This document shows, in pieces, positions 50,338 to 61,951 of a DNA stretch of 64,000 nucleotides. Every line of letters starts with the position of its first letter. Positions within the stretch are counted from its first letter, which is position 1. The translations under genes were made by a program, and so were the position numbers. This stretch comes from Oikopleura dioica (Eukaryota > Animalia > Chordata), in assembly GCA_907165135.1 (NCBI GenBank), contig OU015568.1:3782001-3846000 (forward strand), given 5' to 3'. The notes beneath the pieces were generated by a model. That model had not been told where the DNA came from. It saw only the letters and a list, made by a program, of their open reading frames with translations, and ran no database searches.

Positions 50338-52404
50338 ATGAAATTCTTGCTTTTGATCCCTTCTCTCGTTATGAGCCAAGATCTCGAAGAAAATGATGAG
50401 GACTTGGATTTATTCCGAAATGGGATCTTTCAAGACGGCCCTGGAGGAACAAGAAAAATCGGTAAGAACCAACCCAACAATGTCAAATTGTAATTTTTTT
50501 TCAGGAAAATACTTCCCAGCAGAAGCTCTTGAAGATGAACCAACCGGTCTTAGATGCTGGAAATGTGACCACAAATCTGTCGCTGCCTGCCAAGGTAAAG
50601 CCCATCAAGAAACCTCCGTTTCCTTACTGTATCTTCATTTTTCTAGCACAAGGATCGCTAGAAACATGCGAATCAAACGAAGACTCCTGCCAGCTAGAAA
50701 TCCGAACACGAAAATCGAATATCACCAAGATCAAAACTGGCTGCAAGCAGAAAAAGGCCTGTCAAAGAAATCAAGCAAATAACTTTTTCGAGCAGAGTTT
50801 TTGGTACAACAAGGATAAGACTCAATGTCGACCGGAGACGAATCGCGGATATACTGTTTCTGTCTGTAGGCAATGGTAAGATCAATGATCTTAGATCAGC
50901 AACTCGGCTGGGCATACTGCGGTAAAACCTGAGTCAGGGTCCTGAAAGATGGATTTTTTACCAAAGATCTTTCAGGACCCTGACTCAGGTTTTTACGCAA
51001 GTTTGGGAGCCTAGACTATTAAATAAGGAGAAACCCCTTTAAAATATTTTCCCCTTTTTTAAGCTGCTGGACTGACAACTGCGTGAATCAGGGGTCTGGA
51101 TTTTGGCCAAAAATGAAAAGCGAAAGCGAAGCGAAAGCGAAAAATTTTCAAAAATTTTAAGCGAAAGCGAAGCGAAGCGAATCAAAATTTCGTGAGCGAA
51201 AGCGAAGCGAAGCGAAAAATTTTTCTAAAGGCGAAAAAAAGCGAAAAATTTCCGGAAATGTTTAACCTTTGAGAAAGTGTCCCTTTCAAGTATGGTTTCA
51301 TTTTTATTACTTTTTTGGAAATTTGGACGGTGGTCTCAGTTTGCCCGCGTCGCCGTTAACCCAAGTCGCCGTCTCTCAAAATCGTCGTTTACCTTACTTT
51401 GGTAAACGGAGATCTTGGGCAAACAGCGATGTGAATAAATTTATAAAGATTGATAATTAGACATTGTTTGGCTTTTCAAACGTCAATCTTGGCTTCATCA
51501 ATGCCAGTCCTGGCTTCACATATTTCAATCATGTCTTCTTCAATATCATTAATATTTTATCAACAATGGTTTATCCATCGTCAAGTCTGCTTTCAACATT
51601 TTCAAATTTTGGCTTTACCGACTTCAATCATGGCTTTTCCAATCTCAATCCCGGGTTTATCGACGTCAATTACGACTTCTCCAACGTCAATCGTGGCTTC
51701 TCCAATGCTAATCTAATCTTGAAAAAGCCATGATCGACAACTGAGAAGCCGGAACTTACGTCTGAGAGGCTAGGATTGAAATTAGTGACGCCCGGATCGG
51801 TTTTGCCGGGATTGATGTGAAGCCGGAATCGAGGCTGGAGATGACAAGAATGATATTTAATCAGCCAGGATCGACGTCTGAAAAGCAAGGATCGAAGTTT
51901 TTGAAGCCGGGATTGAAGATGGTGATGTCAGGATTGATTGTTGGGAGGCCAATACATGAAATTAAAAGATCAATCAATTTAAATTATAATACATCGCCCT
52001 TTGTCCAATTCGTCGATTCCCCAAGTTGGCAAACAGAGATGAAAACAATAAAATTTCTCTCAGCACAGCTTTTGCAAGTGCCAGCTTACCTCATTCAGAA
52101 AAATTTCCACTTGAGTTTAAGCTAAAGCTAAGCAAAAAAGGCGAAATTTTCAACTCCTGGAAAGAATTCTTTTGAGCGAAATTTTCGCGAAAATTTTTGG
52201 TGAAAAGCGAAAGCGAAGCGAAGCGAATTGAAATTACAAAAAGCGAAAGCGAAGCGAAGTGAATTCGCTTCGCTTCGCTTCGCTTCGCTCATGAGCGAAT
52301 TCGCAAAGCGAATCCAGACCCCTGCCGTGAATGCCGATGGAAACTTCTGGAATCTCTCCACTAGATGGCAGTGGGGTCAAGATTCTGGTCGATACGGAGT
52401 TTGA
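50338..52404 (+). CDS. Secreted Ly6/three-finger-type protein (paralog 2); last exon interrupted by a hAT element
   Basis: Signal MKFLLLIPSLVMS; CWKCDHKSVAACQ..TCESNEDSCQLEIR..TGCKQKKAC..QCRPET..SVCRQC|CWTDNCVN[insertion]ADGNFWNLSTRWQWGQDSGRYGV*. Confidence 0.8.
50904..51013. mobile_element. Degenerate palindromic MITE in an intron
   Basis: AAAACCTGAGTCAGGGTCCTGAAAGAT and its exact reverse complement ~50924-50993; related CCTGA(G/C)TCAGG motif also near 20218, 25110 and 58820; no clear TSD. Confidence 0.6.
51089..52324. mobile_element. Non-autonomous hAT-type element (1236 bp) in a coding exon
   Basis: TIR CAGGGGTCTGGATT / AATCCAGACCCCTG; 8-bp TSD GCGTGAAT / CCGTGAAT (one mismatch); subterminal GCGAA(A)GCGAA arrays; internal inverted 21-bp-period repeats. 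Confidence 0.9.
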
Positions 52405-53070
52405 GCATTTCTTTCACTCCCTTTTTCTGTAAATTTCTTTTTACCTCAACTTCGAATAAAAAACTTTTTTTCCTGAACTTTCGACTTTCCAAAACTTTTA
52501 AATCACAAATCAATTTCTGTCCGGAAATGACGAGAGTTTCCGAAATTTCCGAAATTGCCTGAAAAGAAAAATGTGGCTTGCTTGTTACGGGGACGTGTCG
52601 AAGCTCTTTCTTTTTTAACACAATTTGCTCTGGCGAGAAACCGCATGGCAAAAAAGTTGGGTAAAATTGCTACAACGCTTTTTCTAACGTTAAAAAAGAG
52701 CGTGAAATTATCCGGCTGCTTTATTTGATATAAAGAGGGGTGATATTCGGGTTGTTAGCACATAAGGGCTGCCCGATAACGAGCGCTTTTTGGAAAGAAT
52801 TTTTTAGAGAAAGAATCGCCGATGAAGGAATTGTTCAGAATTAAAACATTTAAAGCAATTCGAATAAGTTGACTTAAACTGGATTGAAAGATTTCTAGAC
52901 AGGAATAATTCTCAAACTTATGAAGAGATCATAAACTCATTATATTTATTTATAGATTTGTAATATTTGAAGTAATTATTAGTGATTAAAAGTTTTAAAT
53001 TTTAAGTATATTTCCCTCCAAACAATGACCATCGCTAGGATAATGTAAACATTATTTATATCTGAACATT

Positions 53071-53990
53071 ATGAAGGTTATTCTTGCAGCATTCATTTCC
53101 CTCGGTTCTGCCCAGGACGATGGTGTCGTAGCGTACAACTATGATGACAACACCTATGAGTACTCCTACTCCTACTATGACGACAGTTCAAGTCTTGACG
53201 GAGATCTGGCTCGACGAAAGAAAAAGAAGAAGAAGGCCAACAGTAAGATTACCATTTTCAACTCCATTTTCATTCCACTCAGAAAACTACACAACTCCAC
53301 CTCCAACAACAACGCCTCCAACAACTTATCCTCCTACAACGACCACTTCTACAACAACCACGACGACGACAACTACAACGACCTACACAACGGACAACTA
53401 CGGAGCTGAAGCAAGCCAGTACGGTTATGACAGCGGAGCCAATCAGAATGGCGGAGCCAATGGTGGAGCAAACTATGGCAACAACGGAGGATATGGCGGA
53501 GACGGCGGTGAAGACGAGCCAGCTTCAAACTTGAGCTGCTGGACTTGCGTCGCTACTTCTATCGAAGATTGCCAAGGTTCGGTCTTTTCTGTGATTCTAG
53601 AGTCGATAATTGAGTATTGTTAAGCCAACGGATCGCTGGTGAGCTGTTTGGAAAACGAAGAATCCTGCGAGCTGGAAGTTCGCACGCGGCTTAACTCGGA
53701 AAGCGGTGATTATTTCGTCGAGCAAATCATGACTGGCTGCAAACAGAAGCTCGCCTGTCAAAACAACCAGTCGAACAACTTCATCGGCAAAATGGGCAAT
53801 TTCAACAAGAAAAAGGCGGAGACTCAGTGTCGACCGGAAACGGACCAGGGCTATGATCACTCGGTTTGCAGACAATGGTAGGATAGAAGAAGTTTGTTTA
53901 GTTTTATCAAAAAAATTAAAGCTGCTGGACTGATAATTGCGTGAACGCCGATGGAAACTTCTGGGATCCCCAAACCCGATGGCAGTGGGG
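53071..53990 (+). CDS. Secreted Ly6/three-finger-type protein (paralog 3) with Tyr/Asp-, Lys-, Thr- and Gly/Asn-rich N-terminal segments
   Basis: Signal MKVILAAFISLGSA; CWTCVATSIEDCQ..SCLENEESCELEVR..TGCKQKLAC..QCRPET..SVCRQC|CWTDNCVNADGNFWDPQTRWQWGQNNGRYGV*. Confidence 0.8.
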
Positions 53991-54082
53991 ACAAAACAAC
54001 GGCCGATACGGAGTCTGATTTATTCAAAAAAATACATGACAAAAATACACTTTCATATTTTCCACTTTATTATTCTAAAATT

Positions 54083-55793
54083 TCATTGCTTGGCATCAGG
54101 ATCATAATCTACAGGAAGCATTTCACTTGCTTCTTCTGATTCTTTACTGTCAGTCTTTTCTTTCTTCGTTTTTCCAAGACTGGCGACATAGGTGACCGGT
54201 TTGACGACAGGCTTTAGTACGCGATTGTTCACTTCTGTGGGAAGCTTTTTGAGGTCGCCGAGGAGGTTGTCTGGGGTCATGTTTGCGAGCTCTAGAAGCA
54301 GGGTTAAAGGATGAAAATGGGATGAAAATTACCGAGTTGATATTCTGGGCGGATTTTGAAGATGTAAACAAAGATGAAGACGATGAGAATGAGCGCATAG
54401 GAACACATCAAAATCACCATTATCCAATCAAGAGGTCTAAAGCACTCTTTGCTGAAAGTATGCTGATCGGCAATGTAGAGCGGTTCGTTGTTCTCGTCCG
54501 TGTCAATCGCTGCTAGCCAGACGCAGCCAGGTCTAAAATTTTTGAAATTTTTGAAGCGTGAAAGAGCCAACCTGAATTTCTGGTATCCAAAAGCTTGGAA
54601 TAAAAAGCGATAAGTTCGAAGAGAAGAAAGAACGAGCTCCATCAGCGGAACAACCATCGAAAGACTGTTCATCGCGACGTTTTGATATTTATGCTGCTTC
54701 CTAGAATTACGGTTAGGTTCCAATACAGTAAGAAAAGGCACCTGAAGTTCATCACAAAGGCAAGAAAGCTCAAAAGAGCGATCAAATTCAGCGTAACAGA
54801 GCTGATTCCAGCCGCGAAACTTTGAGCACTCGTTTCGTAATCATAATAAGTAATGAATTTCTCGACAACAAAATATTCGACGAAAAGCTCAGCGAAATCT
54901 TCGAGGATGAAAGCAAAAGCGATGACGATCACTTCCATGTGCACTTCAATTCTGGCCAGAGTTGCGCCAGATTCAGTGTCGAGTTTTTCCGTGAATTTCC
55001 AAAGAAGAACTCCGCATAAGAAAATTCTAAAATTGTCTTTTTGAGAACGGGAAAATCAAACTTACCGGAAACAGCCGACGATGTCGAAGATTCCCATGAT
55101 GATGAAAGCTGAGTTTTCGACGTGAATGAACTCGTTTAACATTCTGGTCTCGTTGGAGACGAAGGACGATACGTAGCCGATATCAAGGAAGAGGTCGGAC
55201 CAGGCAATGAGAAGCGGAATGCAGTAGATTCTAAAATAGAGATGATCAAAAAATTCGATGTATCACCTTGGGGTCTAAACTTTGATAATTCTTTATTTTC
55301 AGAAATTTTTGATACGAAAAAATTCTAAAGGGGCGATTTCTATCACCTTTATGGTTTTCATTTTTACCTGTACAAAATTTTGATCCTCTTCTCGACCGGC
55401 TTCTCATGAATCTTCCAAACTCCTAGCGCCGTATCAACATCATACGCGAGCCCTTCTTTAAACTCATATTGCCCATCTTCTTTCCTCTCCGCCAACGTAT
55501 CGCGAAATTTGACATATGTTTTGTACAGCATTCGGATGGAAAAACCGGACGCGATGAGAAACAAGAACCAAAGGAAGGAAATCCAAGGGCCGAGCCAGTC
55601 GTCCAAAATTTCTGTCTGGCGAATGCAGTTGTAAGTTCCATTGTAGCATTTTATAAGTCCTTCGTCTGAGAAAACTTCTTCCAGTGTTCCTGAGAAAAAT
55701 GCGATACAAAGCTGCTTTATTTGATTTTTGAAAAGAAGACCGGTTTTTTCAAATATTCAATTTACCTGGAATATAATCTTTTTCGTCCAGCAT
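54083..55793 (-). CDS. Multi-pass membrane protein, family unassigned
   Basis: Several hydrophobic exons (WISFLWFLFLIASGF; IYCIPLLIAWSDLFLDIGYV; VIVIAFAFILEDFAELFVEYF; LNLIALLSFLAFV) with short introns and a hydrophilic tail. Confidence 0.6.
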
Positions 55794-56249
55794 CTGTTTA
55801 TTTCTATAATTTTCTCTCTACGATTGGAATTATTTGACAATTTTCTCTGTGAATTTTGGACTTGCGCCATGCAAAGAAGGCATGATTCAGCTATTTGTTG
55901 ACTGATGTTTGCTCTTTAAGGATATTTGCGAATCATTTTCATACTGACGTATTCTGGGACCACCAGGGTGCAAGTTTAATTTTATTTGATAGAGCTACTA
56001 TGCTCTTTGCGCCTGAAAAGATATGTTTTGAACGCCGCGGGGCGAAAATCGCTCCATCAATTTTTTATTTCAGAAAGGAATTTATTTAATAAAATTGGTT
56101 TAACCCAGAGAAAGAGTCAGGCACAAACTCAAGGAAGCTTTTTATGTTAAATTTCATTTTACACTTCACATTTTGTTAAAAAACTCATTGACTTCAGCGG
56201 TCGAAAGCAGGGAACTCTCCTAAATACAATTACTTATATTTTAAAAAGG

Positions 56250-56950
56250 TCTAACTGTACCTTAGCGGGTTCAGAACGAGATCTAGTGTGAGGCGAGCTG
56301 GCAGAAAGAGGTGCTCGGCCTAAGTCTGGAGAAAATTGCTTGACATCTTCTTCTGTAAAAATCATCTTTCTAGGCATCTAAGAAAAAGGTTTTTGTTTGT
56401 GGATGATGTTTTGGGAGGTACCTTGTCTGATTTTGGCGGTTTTAATTGATGAAAATGCGTGGAAATATTGGGCCGAGATGTTGACTTTGGAAAGGTATTG
56501 AGATTTATATCTTGTGAGTATCCAAGGCTAGGGTTCATTTCAATTGGGGTGACTGAGAATTAAGGGTATACCTTCTGAAGCCAAATGCATTTGGTGAGCG
56601 GCTCAAAACGGGCGATTGTAAACTTGGGGAGCGCAATCGTTTCATCTCTCTTGCTGGCTCCATGTAAGTAAAACTTTGATTTGTCTGCTGCACTTCTGTT
56701 TGGCTTATCAAAAGGGTAAGGGAAGGGAAACGGAAGGGGATTACCTATGTGCCTCGCATGATTTTGGTCGTTTATGATTTTTGATCACAATTGAAAGGAT
56801 AATAACAACGATTGTCAGTAATACAACTGCTCCGGCAAGTCCGCAAATTATTATAATATACAGTTCTTTCTCTAAAGCGCCTCATTAATCTTGGTTTTCA
56901 AGCAATCCTTACCAGAAATACTGGACCGAAACAAAATCTCTTCATTCATT
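56250..56950 (-). CDS. Small single-pass membrane protein, unknown
   Basis: Exon ~56745-56875 encodes ELYIIIICGLAGAVVLLTIVVIILSIVIKNHKRP; the remaining exons are tentative. Confidence 0.35.
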
Positions 56951-57366
56951 TTACAAAAATATTTATTTTCTTCTTTTACTCATCGAAACAAAAAAAAAAC
57001 TGAGTCAATGCGTCCGACACGACGCAGGTAATTTTTACGGCCAAAAATGCAATAAAACTCGACCATTTTATGCATCGTAATTTCTTTGCATGATGCGTAT
57101 GGAAGCGTTGATTATTGCTCGTGCTTCTCATTACAGAAATTAACTGTCAGTTATTCTGTAAGGAGCGAAAAGTCAATTAGGCAGTGGTTTCTTCTGCTTG
57201 TTTTATTTTCGCCTGTCTTAATTTATATGCTGTGGAGATACGTTTAACGAAGTGTTAACTTTACTATGTACCTTGGCTTTCCGTCCCTTTTCTAGCGCCT
57301 TGAGCAAGGCAGGGGGCTCACTCTGCTTTCGTTCAAGAACGCGCGAGTCAAATTTCGGATTTTTAG

Positions 57367-58214
57367 AGCGCTAGAAATTCGACGAGAGAAACAAGAATGG
57401 ACGAGTTTCAGCAAAAAAAGCTCGAAAAAGAGCTGAGCGAGTTGAAAAAACTCATCGACTTGCATTTCGTCCAACGAAGGAAGGATGAAGAAGAGCTGAA
57501 AGGACTTGAAGATCGAATCGAAAAACGAAAAGAGTATCGAGCTGCTCAACTTGCTGAGCGTGCCAGAGTAAGATTCCGGTGTTCTTCTCTTCCGTTGATT
57601 TCTTTTTGTAGAGGGAGCAAGAAAAAGAAGCGCGACTTCAAGCGGAAAAAGAGCGAAAAGAAGCGGAAGCTCAGCGAAGAGCCGATGAAGAAGCGGCTAG
57701 AAAGAAGGAGCTTCTTCAAGCTCTCAACGCAGCTGCTCATGGAAATCAACGACAAGGTCAGTTCTAGAGCTGTTAAGCGAGTTTGCTAAAAAACACTCTT
57801 TAGACAGGCGAAAGGGACGAGGCACAGAGCGAGAAAAGAAGAAGAAGGTTCTTGCCGAGCGAAGAAAACAGCTCAACATCGACCATTTGGATGTTGAAAA
57901 GCTCAAGGCGAAGGCGAAAGAACTTTTTGATCATCTCAATGTTCTCGAAAACTCAAGGTAAGAAGTGTCTCTTTTTCTCAGATTTCCTATGAAATATGGG
58001 GCTTATGGGGAATGTCAGCCAATCAAAGACCAGTACTCCTAAAAACTCTTGAAATGGTGAGAATCATGAGTAACCTTTAAGAATTACTCTGGAGAAAGAA
58101 ACTGGCGAGCAAAAATACGAGCTTGCTCTCTGTCGATACCGAGTAAACACCCTTAACGACGCCAACACCAAGGCAACCTCCAAGGCCCGCACTCGCGTTG
58201 GAAAGCTCCGATAA
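57367..58214 (+). CDS. TNNT: Troponin T (5' exons upstream not resolved)
   Basis: [45 protein letters not shown] and [32 protein letters not shown] match troponin T T1/T2 motifs; stop TAA 58212-58214. Confidence 0.92.
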
Positions 58215-58803
58215 AAAAGGAAAACCCAGACTTCCTGTGAAACATCTTTGACCATGAAATGTCTCACCGAATGGGATCTTTCTTGTGCCAAAAACTTTCT
58301 AGCACCGATTTAGACTAAGCCCGGATCCGGATTTAAAACCAACTTGATCAAGTTCATACTTCTATTTCTATTCTTTTTTGTCTACTGTTTATATTACTAT
58401 CTTACTAATAAATGAGTACTCGAGTTACTTCTTTTTTTTTACCTTTGATCTTTTTTTCTGCAAGCATGGTTTATCGTCGAAATTTATCATGTGTGGACAG
58501 AATTTTCTGTAGTGTTAACGAGGCGGCGAGAGCCAAGATGAACCTGAAAAAAATTGAAAATCGCAATGACAGCTCATTAAAAAGGACTTTGAATGAGGCA
58601 AGGGAGGATCAACGGTATCAACTGTACTGTGGCTTGATTTATTTACAGTATGTTACACGGGGCAGGTTACAACGAGTAAAAAGGAGAGCTCATTCTAGAG
58701 TCAAGAATCTAGAAATTCTAGATCAGACTTGTTCCACGTGAGAAATCGTTAAGAGATGATCGCCGGGTAAATTCGCTCTAGAAATCAAAAGTTCTTGAAT
58801 TGG

Positions 58804-59339
58804 TCATTTTATTGAACCCTGACTCAGGTTGCTGATCTTCGGAAAACTTACATTAACTTGCGAATTATCCCTCGAGAATCCCTTCTTATCATCCCCATCA
58901 TTTTTCTTCCTGGAAATTATGAAAGCTCCGAGGTTGACTACGTAGATTTGAAGAAGAAATTTAACGAAAACATCGAAGAAGCTTATTTCGCTGGATTGAT
59001 TAGAGTCGTCAAAGCAATTTTCATATATTGCTTCCAGCGTGTAATCATCATGAATCGGGTGGAGAATTTCTCCGAGGCAAGAAAGAGCGGCTTGATCTTC
59101 GAGTTTCGGATTCACAGAATCGCCTGAATGTTTTTTAAAAGCTTCAAGGGTCGTAGTTCAAATTTGTTTCCCATTTGAGAATGAGACCATTTTCATCAGC
59201 TACCTGGAAAGTCAAACAAGCTCATTAACGCAGGTAGGAATCCTAGGCTTCTTCTTGAGACTTGAATCAACGCTGGTAGAAGCACACAAACAGACAAAAT
59301 AACGATAAAGAACAGAAGGTCAAAAGATCGTCGGCTCAT
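58804..59339 (-). CDS. Small membrane protein, unknown
   Basis: MSRRSFDLLFFIVILSVCVLLPALIQV exon spliced to ORF 58804-59115, which carries a second hydrophobic segment. Confidence 0.4.
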
Positions 59340-59399
59340 TTTGAACTTTGTCGTTATTTTCTGTCTGAAATATTCATAGATTTTCGCCATCGAGAGCTG

Positions 59400-60812
59400 A
59401 AAAAAATGACGTTTTTTCTTTGAATAAAAAAGAAATATACCGTGAAATTGAACAGCGTAAAATAATTAAGCATTCTGAAGCAAAATGAAACGAAATCAAA
59501 AGTCGTCGAAGAGATGATTTCTTCGGGCAGTTTCTTCATCCCAAGAATGTGAAGAAAGACGAGCATGGGAGTCCAATCGAATCTGCAATTAATTTTCGCA
59601 TTCTTTAACTCGGTTAGCCGGTTTTCGTTCTAGTTTCAACTCGACTCGTAATTAATGAACTCGTTTGCTTTTTCTAAGAACGCGATGACCGATCCTCTAA
59701 TTCGATGAAAACTGCGCGGGATTGGCGAAAAACGAGTTCAGCCAAGTCCTCTCCAGTTAGCCTGAGTTCTTGTTGCTCGAAGCTCTGTTTGTTTAGTTCG
59801 ATGTTGGAAAGGGCGTAATTATACATTTTCGAAAACTCGCTGGCCACTAATGCGCCGTTATCTGAATTCAATAATGACGTACCCCATTTATTCAAAATTT
59901 ATCTCACCTTTCAACACATCAGTTATATTTTCAAGGCTTTTTTGGGTGCAGTTTTCCGCCCTGAAATCGCCCATGATTTGAAGACTTGTTGAAGAAAAAT
60001 TGCCAGATTCAGACCAAGTTGGAAGGATTTGAGAGAGCTCGTTGCATAATTTGGTGTGGAAGTTGAGGGCGAAGAAATTTTCATTTTGCATGTCGGATAA
60101 GCGGATTTCAAGGAGATTACGGGACTCTGAGCATTTGTCCATCCTGTTGTTGTCTTGAAAAATATGTATTAAGACCTGGTTTTCATCTTTTTTCTCGAGA
60201 TAAAATCATTTGCCATGAGTTATCATGAGCCGGATCCAGAGTTGCAGATTTCTATTAATTTTTCTGAGCTGAGCTGAGCTGACCTGAGTAAAAATTTCTC
60301 TGAGCTGAGCTGAGATGAGCTGGCCTATTTCGGAGGTTACTGAGCTGAGCTGAGCTGAGCTGAGCTGGCCTTTTCAGAGGTCATTGAGCGGAGCTGAGCT
60401 GAGCAGACCTTTTGTTTAAGAGAGTTGAGCCGAGGTGAGCTGATTGAGCCTAGCTGAGCTGTTTTACTGTTTTTTGGTAGTAAAATTGTATTCAAATCAT
60501 TGAGCTGAGCTGAGCAAAGCTAAATTAGAGTTGTCTGAGCTGAGCAGAACAGATTATGTTCGAAAATAATTGATCTGAGCTGAGCTGAGCTGAGCAGATC
60601 AGATCATTTTCAAAAATCACTGAGCTGAGCGACTGCTCAGCTCACTCAGCTCAGCAAATTTGCAAGTCTGGCCGGATCCCGAACCTAATTCTTCCCTCTA
60701 CCCGTATTTTTCAATTTAAACTTACCTTTGAAGCTTAAAAACTTGATAATCAAGCAACCATGAATCAAAAGCCCCAAAAAATGAACGAGACTCCAACCAA
60801 TCGCGCAGCTTT
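59400..60812 (-). CDS. Unknown multi-exon protein; one small exon interrupted by a hAT MITE
   Basis: Exons LRDWLESR..KLQR|FGIRLMITH|DNNRMDKCSESR.. (ORF 59888-60142) and ORF 59674-59895; the model is tentative. Confidence 0.4.
60237..60670. mobile_element. hAT-type MITE (434 bp) with internal (CTGAG)n arrays
   Basis: Imperfect TIR CAGAGTTGCAGATTT / AAATTTGCAAGTCTG; perfect 8-bp TSD GCCGGATC (60229-60236, 60671-60678). Confidence 0.9.
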
Positions 60813-61951
60813 TCAAGCATATCATTTTTCATAAATCGACCTTCTCTTGATTTCAGAATTATATATCTGCGTCTATCTCTTCGCTCAGAAACGAAACGGG
60901 TTCACCAGATTTGGCGCGTTTCATTTTTGAAGATCCTTAAAGCTTCTGAAAAAATGCTAATGAAAGGAAACAGTGTTGGAACGTGTCATTCATCGAATGA
61001 ACCAGGGTTCTCTCTCTTTTTTTCGTGAAAGAGAAAGGCAAGATTTTTAACACAGCGCCAACAATAGGAACAGATCAATAGTAAGGCATCTTAAAAGCCA
61101 AAGCTTTTTGTAGTTTGAAATTTATATTTCAAATGAAATTCATCGAGCGATTTCATAAATTGAAAGTTCAAAAAGGAGAAAGATGAAAGGTGAGAAGTTT
61201 TCCTTGCTTTTGTAATTATTTCGGAGTTTCCATAGTAAATACGTAACGCAAATAATTTCGAACACACCTTGAGGTGGTTGTCCTTGACCCCATGCATCGT
61301 TCATTTATCGATTTTTATTAACCGCTCGTCAACTTTGCATCAAAATTTAAAATCAAAAGTCAGTTTTTGATCATCAAATTCATTATAAAACAAAGAGTAC
61401 ACTGCACTTCAATGACTGAAGGGGGAGGTCGACGAGGATCGGAATTTTCGTGACCAAAAATGCGGAAAAACCGGACTCGATAGCAGAATTTTGATTTTTT
61501 GGCTGTCAGAAAAAGCGTTTGAAAATTCAGGCGGTAAGAAGAAAATTTGTGTTTTATTCAAAAATTTTCGAGAAAATGAGTCAAAGAAGGGGTGTCTCTT
61601 GACCAAAAATCAGCCCCAAGAAGTCGTTTTTTCGGTCATTCTTCTATTCTATTATAAACTGCCGAATAATTGGACATAATTTATGTCACATAAATAAATC
61701 AAAGATCCGTAACGTTTATTTCGCCTTCTGTAACATTGTCATTTTCAAAACAGATCCGTTCAGATTCTTCGTTTCGTCATTGACTTCAGTAAATTTTACC
61801 GCGACTCAACTGGCCTCACCACGGCCTCGACCAGACTTCAAGGCCGTACGCAAATATCACTGAGTGGAGCGTTGCACTCTTCTCTCGTCCCATTCACCAC
61901 AATTTTCAATCACGAATTTTCGCAAAACGTTTTTTTTCTCAAAAAACAACG

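Noticed and set aside
60205-60684. FGIRLMITH resembling the ENaC/ASIC G.RV..H motif
   Set aside because: No two-TM layout, Cys-rich thumb or GxS selectivity segment in the surrounding exons.
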